Positions 56,759 to 63,828 of a stretch of DNA of 64,000 bases are shown in pieces. Position 1 is the first letter of the stretch; every line of letters starts with the position of its first letter. The stretch lies in IMG/VR virus record IMGVR_UViG_3300030095_006218; one strand, 5' to 3'. The notes beneath the pieces were generated by a model, which ran no database searches, was not told the origin of the DNA, and saw nothing but the letters and a program-made list of their open reading frames with translations. The stretch comes from an uncultured virus (IMG/VR IMGVR_UViG_3300030095_006218). Taxonomy: Duplodnaviria > Heunggongvirae > Uroviricota > Caudoviricetes. The position numbers were made by a program, and so were the translations under genes.

Positions 56759-57564
56759 ATTTTGATTTTTCTTGCTTTCTTGATTTCGCGTTCTTCTGCG
56801 ATGATGGTCTTGGCCGATCCGATCGGGAGCAACAGATACTTCTTCGCGCCCTTTGCGGCACTTGTAACCGGCTCNNNNNNNNNNACCGGCTCTGCATTGA
56901 CTTTAACGACCATGAACGTGCCTGACTGCCCTGCGACGGCGCGAAGGCCATAGGAGGCATTGGCGCGTAGTTTAACGAACGATCCCACGCTGTATGCTGG
57001 CGCGTCGAAGGTAGCCGCCAGAATCTTCTGAGCATACTTGTTGCCCGTGACAGCGTTATACTCGCGCTCAGTGGGGATATAATCGCCGTTACGGGTCTTG
57101 TTGACGATGTTTGAGTAGTAGCCACTTTTCCCATAGTATTCATTCATGATCGCGAACCGTTCGGCCTTGCCCTCGTTCCACTCAGAACGCCATGCAGCCA
57201 CCACCTGCAAAGCGTTGTCACTGTGACGCTCCGCGATCTTGTCGAACGTCTGCACTTGCTTGTCGCTCAGTCGATGCCCGTTGACAAGCTGACCCATGAC
57301 GCTCTCACAGAATCCTCGATCCCATGAAGACGCTTCGGTGCGCGTCATGATCTTCTCGACCAATGCGATCATAGCATCGTCGGTCATAACCTCGCGGCTA
57401 CACCCTTCCTCGATCTTCAAGAACCACTGACGACGGCCAGTAGTCATGCCCTTGCCCTTTGAATAGTGCGCGTGCAGAGACTCAACGAATACACGATCCC
57501 GACCTTGAAGGCGTGGGTTCGCAAGGAGCGCGGCAAAGCGTTGTTTCCAGTTGATGCGGGCCAT
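56737..57564 (-). CDS. Hypothetical protein with internal repeat and C-terminal xxGxxV domain (spans N gap)
   Basis: DRVFVESL and DRGFCESV repeats; YSVGSFVKLR. Confidence 0.65.
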   Translation of the reverse strand: MARINWKQRFAALLANPRLQGRDRVFVESLHAHYSKGKGMTTGRRQWFLKIEEGCSREVMTDDAMIALVEKIMTRTEASSWDRGFCESVMGQLVNGHRLSDKQVQTFDKIAERHSDNALQVVAAWRSEWNEGKAERFAIMNEYYGKSGYYSNIVNKTRNGDYIPTEREYNAVTGNKYAQKILAATFDAPAYSVGSFVKLRANASYGLRAVAGQSGTFMVVKVNAEPXXXXEPVTSAAKGAKKYLLLPIGSAKTIIAEEREIKKARKIKIGQKVSG

Positions 57565-57595
57565 GTAGAATCTCCTTTCTTGATCTTACTCCCTA

Positions 57596-57649
57596 AGTAT
57601 ACAGGAAGCGGAAAAGAAAGTCAAGCTGTTTGCGGACACATTCTGTCCG
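57596..57649 (-). promoter_or_regulatory. Sigma70 promoter + CGGACA-N5-TGTCCG palindrome
   Basis: TTGACT-N17-TATACT; palindrome 57633-57649. Confidence 0.85.
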
Positions 57650-57678
57650 CTTTGAAAAAAAAATCTCGGTCGGGGTTT

Positions 57679-57885
57679 TTATCTTGTCGGGGGACCACCG
57701 GAAAAGTTTAACGCACCCCCGGCTTCACTGACCAACTCCAAATGTTTATAGTGAACGTACTTTGTTTGACCATCAGGCCACAGAATCCCGATCAGCGCCT
57801 TCGCTGTGCTGTGAGTTTCGACAACGAGCCTCGGATCGTGCCAAAGTCCACGCGCAGACACAACCAAATCACCCACTTGCATCAC
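57679..57885 (-). CDS. MQVGDLV-family microprotein
   Basis: MQVGDLVVSARG...HLELVSE. Confidence 0.7.
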   Translation of the reverse strand: MMQVGDLVVSARGLWHDPRLVVETHSTAKALIGILWPDGQTKYVHYKHLELVSEAGGALNFSGGPPTR

Positions 57886-58048
57886 TGATCATCCTCAAAT
57901 CAACAGGGTTTGCCCAAACCTTTCGCCCGCCATCGTTCGGCTGGACTACAACAACACAGTTGTATTCATCCTGACAAACTTTAACGACGATCCCATTTTT
58001 AGGCGTCCTGTGAGCCATACGAACCCTTACCAAATCACCTACCTGCAT
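57869..58048 (-). CDS. MQVGDLV-family microprotein
   Basis: MQVGDLVRVR...DLRMISDASG*. Confidence 0.7.
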   Translation of the reverse strand: MQVGDLVRVRMAHRTPKNGIVVKVCQDEYNCVVVVQPNDGGRKVWANPVDLRMISDASG

Positions 58049-58214
58049 TGACCACCTCCAATCTGTGCGGTTTGAATGGCATATCTTGACCAGACAAGAA
58101 AACCCACTCAGTCGGCTTGGTGACTGACTTATAAAAGTTAGGCACAAACTCTATCCGTGTGATCAGGGCCACAACGCCATCATATTTAATCTTTACCAAA
58201 TCACCCACTTGCAT
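58035..58214 (-). CDS. MQVGDLV-family microprotein (59 aa, not in ORF track)
   Basis: MQVGDLVKIKYDG...RLEVVNAGR*. Confidence 0.7.
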   Translation of the reverse strand: MQVGDLVKIKYDGVVALITRIEFVPNFYKSVTKPTEWVFLSGQDMPFKPHRLEVVNAGR

Positions 58215-58431
58215 TGACGGCCTCCATATACTTTAACAGACCACGATCAATGATTGTGGGCTTGGAGTCTCCAACGACTAAAATCCTATGATTCTCCACA
58301 GTTACGCCATCATCGCGATGAATGAAAGCCTCGCCAATATAAACAGCATGCTTGTCTTCCAAGCGACCGGGACGGTTGCCCGTCATCCATTGGCTCCATC
58401 TGCTGAATCGGTATAGTTGTCCTGCGATCAT
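58201..58431 (-). CDS. Small protein inside the microgene array
   Basis: MIAGQLYRF...MEAVNASG*. Confidence 0.65.
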   Translation of the reverse strand: MIAGQLYRFSRWSQWMTGNRPGRLEDKHAVYIGEAFIHRDDGVTVENHRILVVGDSKPTIIDRGLLKYMEAVNASG

Positions 58432-58621
58432 GCTTCCACCTTTTTTAGATCATATTCCCACATTCGCTCGCTAATGTTACCATCAGTCCAGACGACCCTG
58501 AACACATCATTGTCTGCTGTGCTGGTCTTACCGCTGACCTCTGCCAAGATAATACCAAGCAACGGGTGTTCTTCATCCCCATCGCGCAGTTACACCGCTT
58601 TTANNNNNNNNNNACTTGCAT
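58428..58621 (-). CDS. MQV-family microprotein interrupted by N gap and adjacent TAA
   Basis: ATGCAAGT at 58621, gap, then LRDGDEEHPLLGIIL...VVWTDG...DLKKVEA*. Confidence 0.5.
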
Positions 58622-58775
58622 TTATCAACTCCAATAGATCACCAGATTCGATTTTGGGCTTGCTTTCATCTGTCCACATCACCCATACATCTTCAGGTTT
58701 AGCCCACCGTTTTTTACAAGGCCCGAGAACAATACCGACTGAGCCGCGCCATTTTACTAAATCACCCACTTGCAT
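58590..58775 (-). CDS. MQVGDLV-family microprotein (true stop probably inside gap)
   Basis: MQVGDLVKWRGSVGIVL...LLELINAS. Confidence 0.7.
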   Translation of the reverse strand: MQVGDLVKWRGSVGIVLGPCKKRWAKPEDVWVMWTDESKPKIESGDLLELINASXXXXKAV

Positions 58776-59082
58776 TTTTCTGAGCCTCCACGTGTTTGCA
58801 CTTACGACGCCAACCGAAGCCGGGACACGTACACGTCCACGTACCGCCTCCGTGGTCGATCACAGTGTAAGTGTTGCCTGTGCTGCCTTGAACCTCATAG
58901 GAACGAACGTCAGGCGATTCTGTGATAGTCTCGCGCTGCTCTACGATCATGTATTCATCAACACGATCAAGCGTAAGATCCTCGGGTACTTCAACCCAAT
59001 GCTGACCGGACACGGCCCACTTCTGGCCGGATCTGTCCGTGTATAGCATCGGCGGCCATGTGACTACAATAGGTAGGGTCAT
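58762..59082 (-). CDS. SWIM zinc-finger protein
   Basis: GSTGNTYTV...CTCPGFGWRRKCKH. Confidence 0.8.
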   Translation of the reverse strand: MTLPIVVTWPPMLYTDRSGQKWAVSGQHWVEVPEDLTLDRVDEYMIVEQRETITESPDVRSYEVQGSTGNTYTVIDHGGGTWTCTCPGFGWRRKCKHVEAQKNASG

Positions 59083-59085
59083 TTT

Positions 59086-59280
59086 CTATGCCTCCGCAGG
59101 TACGACGATTGCAACGCTCAGTGTTGTGTATGCCTCGGCTTCCTGCTCAGTGATAGCAGGATCTTTCATTGTCGCGTGCATCATCAAAGCTGTGATCATC
59201 GCGTCAAGGGCAAGCGTTTTGCGCTCGATAGGGGTCAGGGTTGTTTCATCGTCAGTGCGAATGAGTGGTATAGCAGTCAT
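59086..59280 (-). CDS. Hypothetical protein
   Basis: GGAG RBS, first gene after promoter. Confidence 0.6.
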   Translation of the reverse strand: MTAIPLIRTDDETTLTPIERKTLALDAMITALMMHATMKDPAITEQEAEAYTTLSVAIVVPAEA

Positions 59281-59304
59281 GTTTTAATCTCCAATGTATA
59301 AGTC

Positions 59305-59359
59305 ATTATCTCATAGATTTAAGTATATGTCAAGCATTGTGGCGGACATTTTCTGTCCG
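59305..59359 (-). promoter_or_regulatory. Sigma70 promoter + CGGACA-N5-TGTCCG palindrome
   Basis: TTGACA-N17-GATAAT; palindrome 59343-59359. Confidence 0.8.
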
Positions 59360-59575
59360 ACTTTCTATTTGCCTCGCCTCCACTAAGGAATCATCAACGA
59401 GCGAAAGGTGTTGACTACATTCGGTAACTGGTTCTGGTTCATTAGTCCACAAAACTTTAACGTCACAGCCGCCGGTATACTTTCCAGACTCGACAACCAA
59501 ACCAACGTGAACAGACTGGCCTTTACGCCAGCGCGGACGTTGATACCAATATGTAACCAGATCACCGACTTTCAT
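59330..59575 (-). CDS. MKVGDLV-family microprotein
   Basis: MKVGDLVTYW...VGLVV...VLW. Confidence 0.7.
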   Translation of the reverse strand: MKVGDLVTYWYQRPRWRKGQSVHVGLVVESGKYTGGCDVKVLWTNEPEPVTECSQHLSLVDDSLVEARQIESRTENVRHNA

Positions 59576-59723
59576 TTATCAACTCCAACTGTTGTGGCTG
59601 GAAGCATGCAGACTTATTGACGCCAGAAATCAAAACGATGAAGAACGCATTGTATTTCTCTTTGATCAAGCCCACCGGTCTACCCGGCACGGACGCACAC
59701 ACAACCAGATCACCGACGCGCAT
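59562..59723 (-). CDS. MRVGDLV-family microprotein (53 aa, not in ORF track)
   Basis: MRVGDLVVCAS...QLELINESR*. Confidence 0.7.
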   Translation of the reverse strand: MRVGDLVVCASVPGRPVGLIKEKYNAFFIVLISGVNKSACFQPQQLELINESR

Positions 59724-59898
59724 TGATCACCTCCAGCCACTTGACAGGTTCCCACGATACCTCTGCATCCTGAATCCAATATACTTTAACGCGGGTATGT
59801 GATGTTCCACGATTGATGCCATCGGGTTTCGTTCGCAAAACAATGCCCGTTATTTTCTCAATAGCTTGCGGCATACAAACCAAGTCACCGACTTGCAT
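59710..59898 (-). CDS. MQVGDLV-family microprotein
   Basis: MQVGDLVCMP...WLEVINARR*. Confidence 0.7.
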   Translation of the reverse strand: MQVGDLVCMPQAIEKITGIVLRTKPDGINRGTSHTRVKVYWIQDAEVSWEPVKWLEVINARR

Positions 59899-60046
59899 TT
59901 ATCACCTTCAAGTCTTTAGCGGCATGGCTTGACATACCAGATACCGACCAATGCACAACCTTACGTTGCTCGGTGCCGGGGATCTCGCCCACAATCACGC
60001 CGACCTCTTTCCAGCCGGGAAACATAACTAAATCACCGACTTGCAT
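59885..60046 (-). CDS. MQVGDLV-family microprotein (53 aa, not in ORF track)
   Basis: MQVGDLVMFPGW...DLKVINASR*. Confidence 0.7.
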   Translation of the reverse strand: MQVGDLVMFPGWKEVGVIVGEIPGTEQRKVVHWSVSGMSSHAAKDLKVINASR

Positions 60047-60176
60047 TGATCACCCTACAATCACGGCGCGAATACTTCTCACCATTATGAAGCATTACCC
60101 ACCTATAGTTAGGATCGAGCGCGGCGATGATGCCCGTCGAACCATCTAACAATCTAACTAAATCACCTACTTGCAT
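60033..60176 (-). CDS. MQVGDLV-family microprotein (47 aa, not in ORF track)
   Basis: MQVGDLVRLLDG...DCRVINASR*. Confidence 0.7.
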   Translation of the reverse strand: MQVGDLVRLLDGSTGIIAALDPNYRWVMLHNGEKYSRRDCRVINASR

Positions 60177-60339
60177 TTAGTACCTCCACGTCCCACGGGT
60201 TAGCCATGATACGGCGCTTAGAGTCTGTAACAAGCACAACCACATCGCACCCAAACACATCATCGTTAATCTTCACAAGCAAACCCATCTTTTTACCGTA
60301 GTGCTTTGTATCCACTTTGACTAAATCACCGACTTGCAC
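60163..60339 (-). CDS. MQVGDLV-family microprotein (GTG start, not in ORF track)
   Basis: MQVGDLVKVDT...DVEVLNASR*. Confidence 0.7.
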   Translation of the reverse strand: MQVGDLVKVDTKHYGKKMGLLVKINDDVFGCDVVVLVTDSKRRIMANPWDVEVLNASR

Positions 60340-60493
60340 TGATCACCTCCAGATACCGGGTTGCCACATTTTGTTGCTTTGTTTGTCCGTAAGCGGTCCA
60401 CAGCGTATACGCTCGGCGGCCTCCACCTTCGACACTGAGGATAATACCCTGTCCTCGCATTGAAGGATGCTTTACCAGATTGCCTACTTGCAT
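60326..60493 (-). CDS. MQVGNLV-family microprotein (not in ORF track)
   Basis: MQVGNLVKHP...YLEVISASR*; AGGAG RBS. Confidence 0.7.
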   Translation of the reverse strand: MQVGNLVKHPSMRGQGIILSVEGGGRRAYTLWTAYGQTKQQNVATRYLEVISASR

Positions 60494-60519
60494 GTTTCTT
60501 CTCCTGACTTGATATACCT

Positions 60520-60574
60520 ATTATCTCACAAGTTTGCAGATAAGTCAATAGGCTAACCGGACACATTTTGTCCG
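60520..60574 (-). promoter_or_regulatory. Sigma70 promoter + CGGACA-N5-TGTCCG palindrome
   Basis: TTGACT-N17-GATAAT; palindrome 60558-60574. Confidence 0.8.
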
Positions 60575-60783
60575 ATTTCGCTGATCACGTCAACAAAATC
60601 ATCGACTGCGTGGAAAACTTCGCCAGAATCCAAGCGAACGCTGATAAACTTCTTTTCGGGTTTTGGTGTGCGGTGCTTTCGATCAGGCCATTGGCCGTTT
60701 GCCGGTCTTATCTCGATGACTAATCCACAGCGTATATTGCCGCCCCAAGGTGGATGAATGGCTACATAATCGCCCACCTTCAT
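60553..60783 (-). CDS. MKVGDYV-family microprotein
   Basis: MKVGDYVAIH...GLVIE. Confidence 0.65.
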   Translation of the reverse strand: MKVGDYVAIHPPWGGNIRCGLVIEIRPANGQWPDRKHRTPKPEKKFISVRLDSGEVFHAVDDFVDVISEIGQNVSG

Positions 60784-60944
60784 GCTTCGCTAACCTCCAC
60801 CAATACATCGGTTGTTATTCTCATCTTTCGCTTAAACTTGCCCCTGTACCAATCGACTTTGCATATCTTGTGATTCTCCATTTCCACAATCAAGCCTCTT
60901 GACTCAGGGTAGGAAACATGCCTGACAATATCGCCAGTTTTCAC
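60780..60944 (-). CDS. MKTGDIV-family microprotein (GTG start, not in ORF track)
   Basis: MKTGDIVRHV...GLIVE...VDW...LVEVSEA*. Confidence 0.65.
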   Translation of the reverse strand: MKTGDIVRHVSYPESRGLIVEMENHKICKVDWYRGKFKRKMRITTDVLVEVSEA

Positions 60945-61111
60945 GTCGCCATACTCCTTTGCAAAATCTCGATGTTCTTGCAGTTTACATAGTTTAACTC
61001 ATTTTCTTTGAACCAGTGAACCCAAACGGCGATCCCATCAATAAGTTTAACGATGCCTACGGATCCAGCATCACAGTGTTTTACCATATCTCCGACATTT
61101 ACCTCATTCAT
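60941..61111 (-). CDS. xxVGDMV-family microprotein
   Basis: MNEVNVGDMVKH...VGIV...VHW. Confidence 0.65.
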   Translation of the reverse strand: MNEVNVGDMVKHCDAGSVGIVKLIDGIAVWVHWFKENELNYVNCKNIEILQRSMAT

Positions 61112-61355
61112 CTTTTTTCTCCTTTTTAGCAGACGAAACGTGTTTAATATCATTCTCGTAAAGGGCCACGGTGCGACCGTTTACATTCACAGTGTATAAA
61201 AATCTTGACTTTTCTTGAAAAGGTGGCAACTCGACCACGCTGATGACGACGCCAATCTTTTTTATAAAATGATCAGCAACAAAACTTTTGTTCAAAACAT
61301 AGTTTAACCCATAGGTTCTAACTATCTGTATTAAATCCCCGACCTTGTACTTCAT
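61104..61355 (-). CDS. xxVGDLI-family protein
   Basis: MKYKVGDLIQI...IGVVI. Confidence 0.65.
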   Translation of the reverse strand: MKYKVGDLIQIVRTYGLNYVLNKSFVADHFIKKIGVVISVVELPPFQEKSRFLYTVNVNGRTVALYENDIKHVSSAKKEKKDE

Positions 61356-61593
61356 CCACCTTTTCCAAAAACATATCGTGAAACTTCAAAGTTTTACCGT
61401 TACTCATCATCACGTTCCACTCGTTCGTATAATGACCATTGGCATGTTCGACTATAAGACCGATTCGATTGTCGGGCATTTCTTCATCATGCGTACTTTC
61501 CTTGACGCGCACCAGCATACCAATGGCAAACTTTCTTTTCCTTTTTCTTGATTCATGATCGTGGTCGGGCCTGTACCCATCGTGATAACTCAT
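61318..61593 (-). CDS. xxIGxLV-family protein
   Basis: FAIGMLVRVK...IGLIVE. Confidence 0.65.
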   Translation of the reverse strand: MSYHDGYRPDHDHESRKRKRKFAIGMLVRVKESTHDEEMPDNRIGLIVEHANGHYTNEWNVMMSNGKTLKFHDMFLEKVDEVQGRGFNTDS

Positions 61594-61597
61594 TATT

Positions 61598-61828
61598 TTA
61601 TCTCCTATTGTTATATAGGGCTTGGTTATCAACTTTGCTCACAACTTCTAAAAGTTTAACGCTATCTCTGGTCAGCCAAACTTTTTGATGATCCCTCGCG
61701 CTGTGAAAACTGACTTGCATTTCGTCAAACCTCTCATCAAAATCTATAACGATTCCGCTACCAAAAAACTCATCATAAACCAGATCACCTAACTCAAATC
61801 TTTTTATTTCTCTGCGGCTCCAGAACAT
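61598..61828 (-). CDS. xxLGDLV-family protein
   Basis: FELGDLVYD...GIVI. Confidence 0.65.
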   Translation of the reverse strand: MFWSRREIKRFELGDLVYDEFFGSGIVIDFDERFDEMQVSFHSARDHQKVWLTRDSVKLLEVVSKVDNQALYNNRR

Positions 61829-62025
61829 TTTGCCTCGCTTTTTATTTCCATGTTTCGATCTCGCAGTGTAACAACTTCAAATCGTCTGATACTGCGAACC
61901 GTGTAAATAGTCTCATCGTTGCTTAAAGACACTTTTACAATGATGCCTTCGCGATCTTTAACGAACCAAGGATCGAAAGGTGCATAATATCCGTAACCCA
62001 CTATGTCACCTACTCTAAAGCGCAA
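61804..62025 (-). CDS. xxVGDIV-family protein
   Basis: MRFRVGDIVGY...GIIV. Confidence 0.6.
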   Translation of the reverse strand: MRFRVGDIVGYGYYAPFDPWFVKDREGIIVKVSLSNDETIYTVRSIRRFEVVTLRDRNMEIKSEAKCSGAAEK

Positions 62026-62029
62026 AAAT

Positions 62030-62329
62030 CTAAACCCCTACTTGAGTCTCATAAACTTCAAAACCAATATCCATCCCCAAGCCGTGCATATATTCTATCC
62101 AGTCAGAGTAATACCCGCGCAACTGTTCGCGATTGTATGCTCTCAAATCTTCCTCGGGGTTAGTTGGCAAGTCCTTTGCCATTTCTTCGATCTCATCCTC
62201 GTCAAGACCGCCACAACAATAATCGCCCATTTCGTTGATAACTCTCATGTAAGCACCTTTATCGGTTAGGTGCGTTGAAACATAATGATCAAGCTCATAC
62301 GTTGAGCGTACTACCCATATTTTCATCAT
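62030..62329 (-). CDS. Hypothetical protein (paralog of next gene)
   Basis: MKIWVV...STHLTDKGA. Confidence 0.65.
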   Translation of the reverse strand: MMKIWVVRSTYELDHYVSTHLTDKGAYMRVINEMGDYCCGGLDEDEIEEMAKDLPTNPEEDLRAYNREQLRGYYSDWIEYMHGLGMDIGFEVYETQVGV

Positions 62330-62655
62330 GCTGCCACCTGCGTCCTAACAACTTCAAGCGCATAGCCATAATCGTTGTCCCATGCTAACTCTGCATAGTC
62401 TCTAAAAAGGCATTGGAGCCGCGAAAGCGGCATGCCTTTCATCTTGTCGAAATCCGTTTCCAAATGGCCCTCTGTATATTCTTCTTCGGTGGGATGCAAG
62501 CGATCATTGAATACGGACTGAGCGGAATCCTGATCCGCGATGCCCAAAAAATCCATCATATCTAATACGCCCGCAATCAAGGCACCCTTTTGTGTAAAGT
62601 GTGAGGAAGCAAAATGTTCGCCTTCGTGCATACCGACCATAACCCATATATTCAT
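62326..62655 (-). CDS. Hypothetical protein (paralog of previous gene)
   Basis: MNIWVM...SSHFTQKGA. Confidence 0.65.
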   Translation of the reverse strand: MNIWVMVGMHEGEHFASSHFTQKGALIAGVLDMMDFLGIADQDSAQSVFNDRLHPTEEEYTEGHLETDFDKMKGMPLSRLQCLFRDYAELAWDNDYGYALEVVRTQVAA

Positions 62656-62990
62656 GCTCTTTTCTCCTTGCTCTCGGCTAACATCTTCTTGACCCACTCG
62701 CCGTTAAACTCGGCTGCATACTTGTCGCGGAGAACCAGCAACTTCTCTCCGTCCTTGGTTTCATTCTTTAGCTTGTAGCCGGGAATCACAAACTCCGTAC
62801 CTACAGGTGCGCCAATGAAACATTCACATACTGCATAAGGCACTGACTTCCATTTTGATTTAGTTTCACCAGTCTTGGTATCCTTCCAGCTTTTGCGAAA
62901 ACGCCTAAACTGCATATCGACGACTCGCGCTTGAAGCGTGCTGTCGCCGTTGCGAATGATCACCAAATCGTTCTTTGTAAGATAAGCCAT
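62652..62990 (-). CDS. Hypothetical basic protein
   Basis: AGGAG RBS, first gene after promoter. Confidence 0.65.
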   Translation of the reverse strand: MAYLTKNDLVIIRNGDSTLQARVVDMQFRRFRKSWKDTKTGETKSKWKSVPYAVCECFIGAPVGTEFVIPGYKLKNETKDGEKLLVLRDKYAAEFNGEWVKKMLAESKEKRA

Positions 62991-63017
62991 GTATACTCTC
63001 CTTGCTGCTTATACTAT

Positions 63018-63046
63018 AATATACCACGGTGGGCATTGATTGTCAA
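63018..63046 (-). promoter_or_regulatory. Sigma70-type promoter
   Basis: TTGACA-N17-TATATT; two more TTGACA copies upstream (63056, 63067). Confidence 0.7.
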
Positions 63047-63079
63047 TGGTTCAAATGTCAAGAAAATGTCAAGACAAAA

Positions 63080-63156
63080 TGGTAGGCTCTCTCGGGCTTG
63101 AACCGAGGACCACCCCGTTATGAGCGGGACGCTCTGACCAACTGAGCTAAGAGCCT
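63080..63156 (-). tRNA. tRNA with CAT anticodon, Ile2-like (elongator Met not excluded)
   Basis: AGGCTCT acceptor, TCCCG-CTCATAA-CGGGG arm, GGTTCAAGCCC T arm, ACCA end. Confidence 0.88.
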
Positions 63157-63164
63157 GTAAAAGT

Positions 63165-63338
63165 TTAACGACACACGGGAGGTTTCGCAAAAAGCATTAT
63201 GTTCTCGTCGCGTTTTTCCCATCCGTGCCTTTTAACATAGCTGGCCTTAGCGTGCTTGGCGTCAATACCTTCCGCAATACCAACAGTGGTATACTTTTTT
63301 GTTTCGATGTTATATTCCATAATAGTATAGTCAATCAT
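63165..63338 (-). CDS. Small hypothetical protein (57 aa, not in ORF track)
   Basis: MIDYTIMEY...KPPVCR*, AGGAG RBS. Confidence 0.55.
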   Translation of the reverse strand: MIDYTIMEYNIETKKYTTVGIAEGIDAKHAKASYVKRHGWEKRDENIMLFAKPPVCR

Positions 63339-63349
63339 TATCTGTCTCC

Positions 63350-63751
63350 TTAAAACTCAATACTTCTGTTCACGCAAATATCGCCCCACATCGCATCGCC
63401 ACGATATTCAATATCTTCTGTTTCTTCACCGATACGGACAAACTTGTAAAACGCAAATGCGGCTTCGGTCTTTTCCTTGCCTTCGGCATCTTTCTCGCCC
63501 GTGGGAATATCCTCGCCGTCGCACCAATCCATAAAGTCGGTGAGAGCGGATATACACTCAAAGGAATCATACCACTTGAGCCAGCCCCACTTGAAAAGGA
63601 GCGATCCCTTTTCTCCATTGTAGTCCTTGATCATATGATCATTCTCGCCAAAACACAACTCACGCGCTTGTCGCGACTTAGCCATAGTGACCATAAACTG
63701 AGGCATGACCTCGGGACCAACATATAAAACAACTTCTGAACGGTAACCCAT
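63350..63751 (-). CDS. Hypothetical phage protein
   Basis: MGYRSEV...KWY...FVRIGEE..D. Confidence 0.7.
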   Translation of the reverse strand: MGYRSEVVLYVGPEVMPQFMVTMAKSRQARELCFGENDHMIKDYNGEKGSLLFKWGWLKWYDSFECISALTDFMDWCDGEDIPTGEKDAEGKEKTEAAFAFYKFVRIGEETEDIEYRGDAMWGDICVNRSIEF

Positions 63752-63772
63752 TTCTTTTCTCCTTATGATACT

Positions 63773-63817
63773 AATATATCAAAATCGGCTGTGAAAGTCA
63801 AGGACAAAAAATGTCCG
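63773..63817 (-). promoter_or_regulatory. Sigma70 promoter with near-perfect palindrome abutting -35
   Basis: TTGACT-N17-TATATT; AGGACA-AAAAA-TGTCCG 63801-63817. Confidence 0.75.
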
Positions 63818-63828
63818 GTTTGCGAAAA

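Noticed and set aside
56860..56895. Direct repeat ACCGGCTC flanking the gap
   Set aside because: Typical unmerged contig overlap, not a target-site duplication.
58588..58613. In-frame TAA in a microgene (readthrough or pseudogene)
   Set aside because: It lies a few bases from an N gap, so an assembly error is as likely.
57860..60500. CRISPR array interpretation of the junction repeats
   Set aside because: Repeats are degenerate, spacers are 100-150 nt open reading frames, and no cas1/cas2 is present.
57679..62025. Integron cassette array
   Set aside because: Genes overlap directly; no attC-like intergenic hairpins and no integrase in the window.
383..63618. Most plus-strand ORFs and nested alternate-frame ORFs in the track
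   Set aside because: Shadows of well-supported minus-strand genes with no motifs or RBS.
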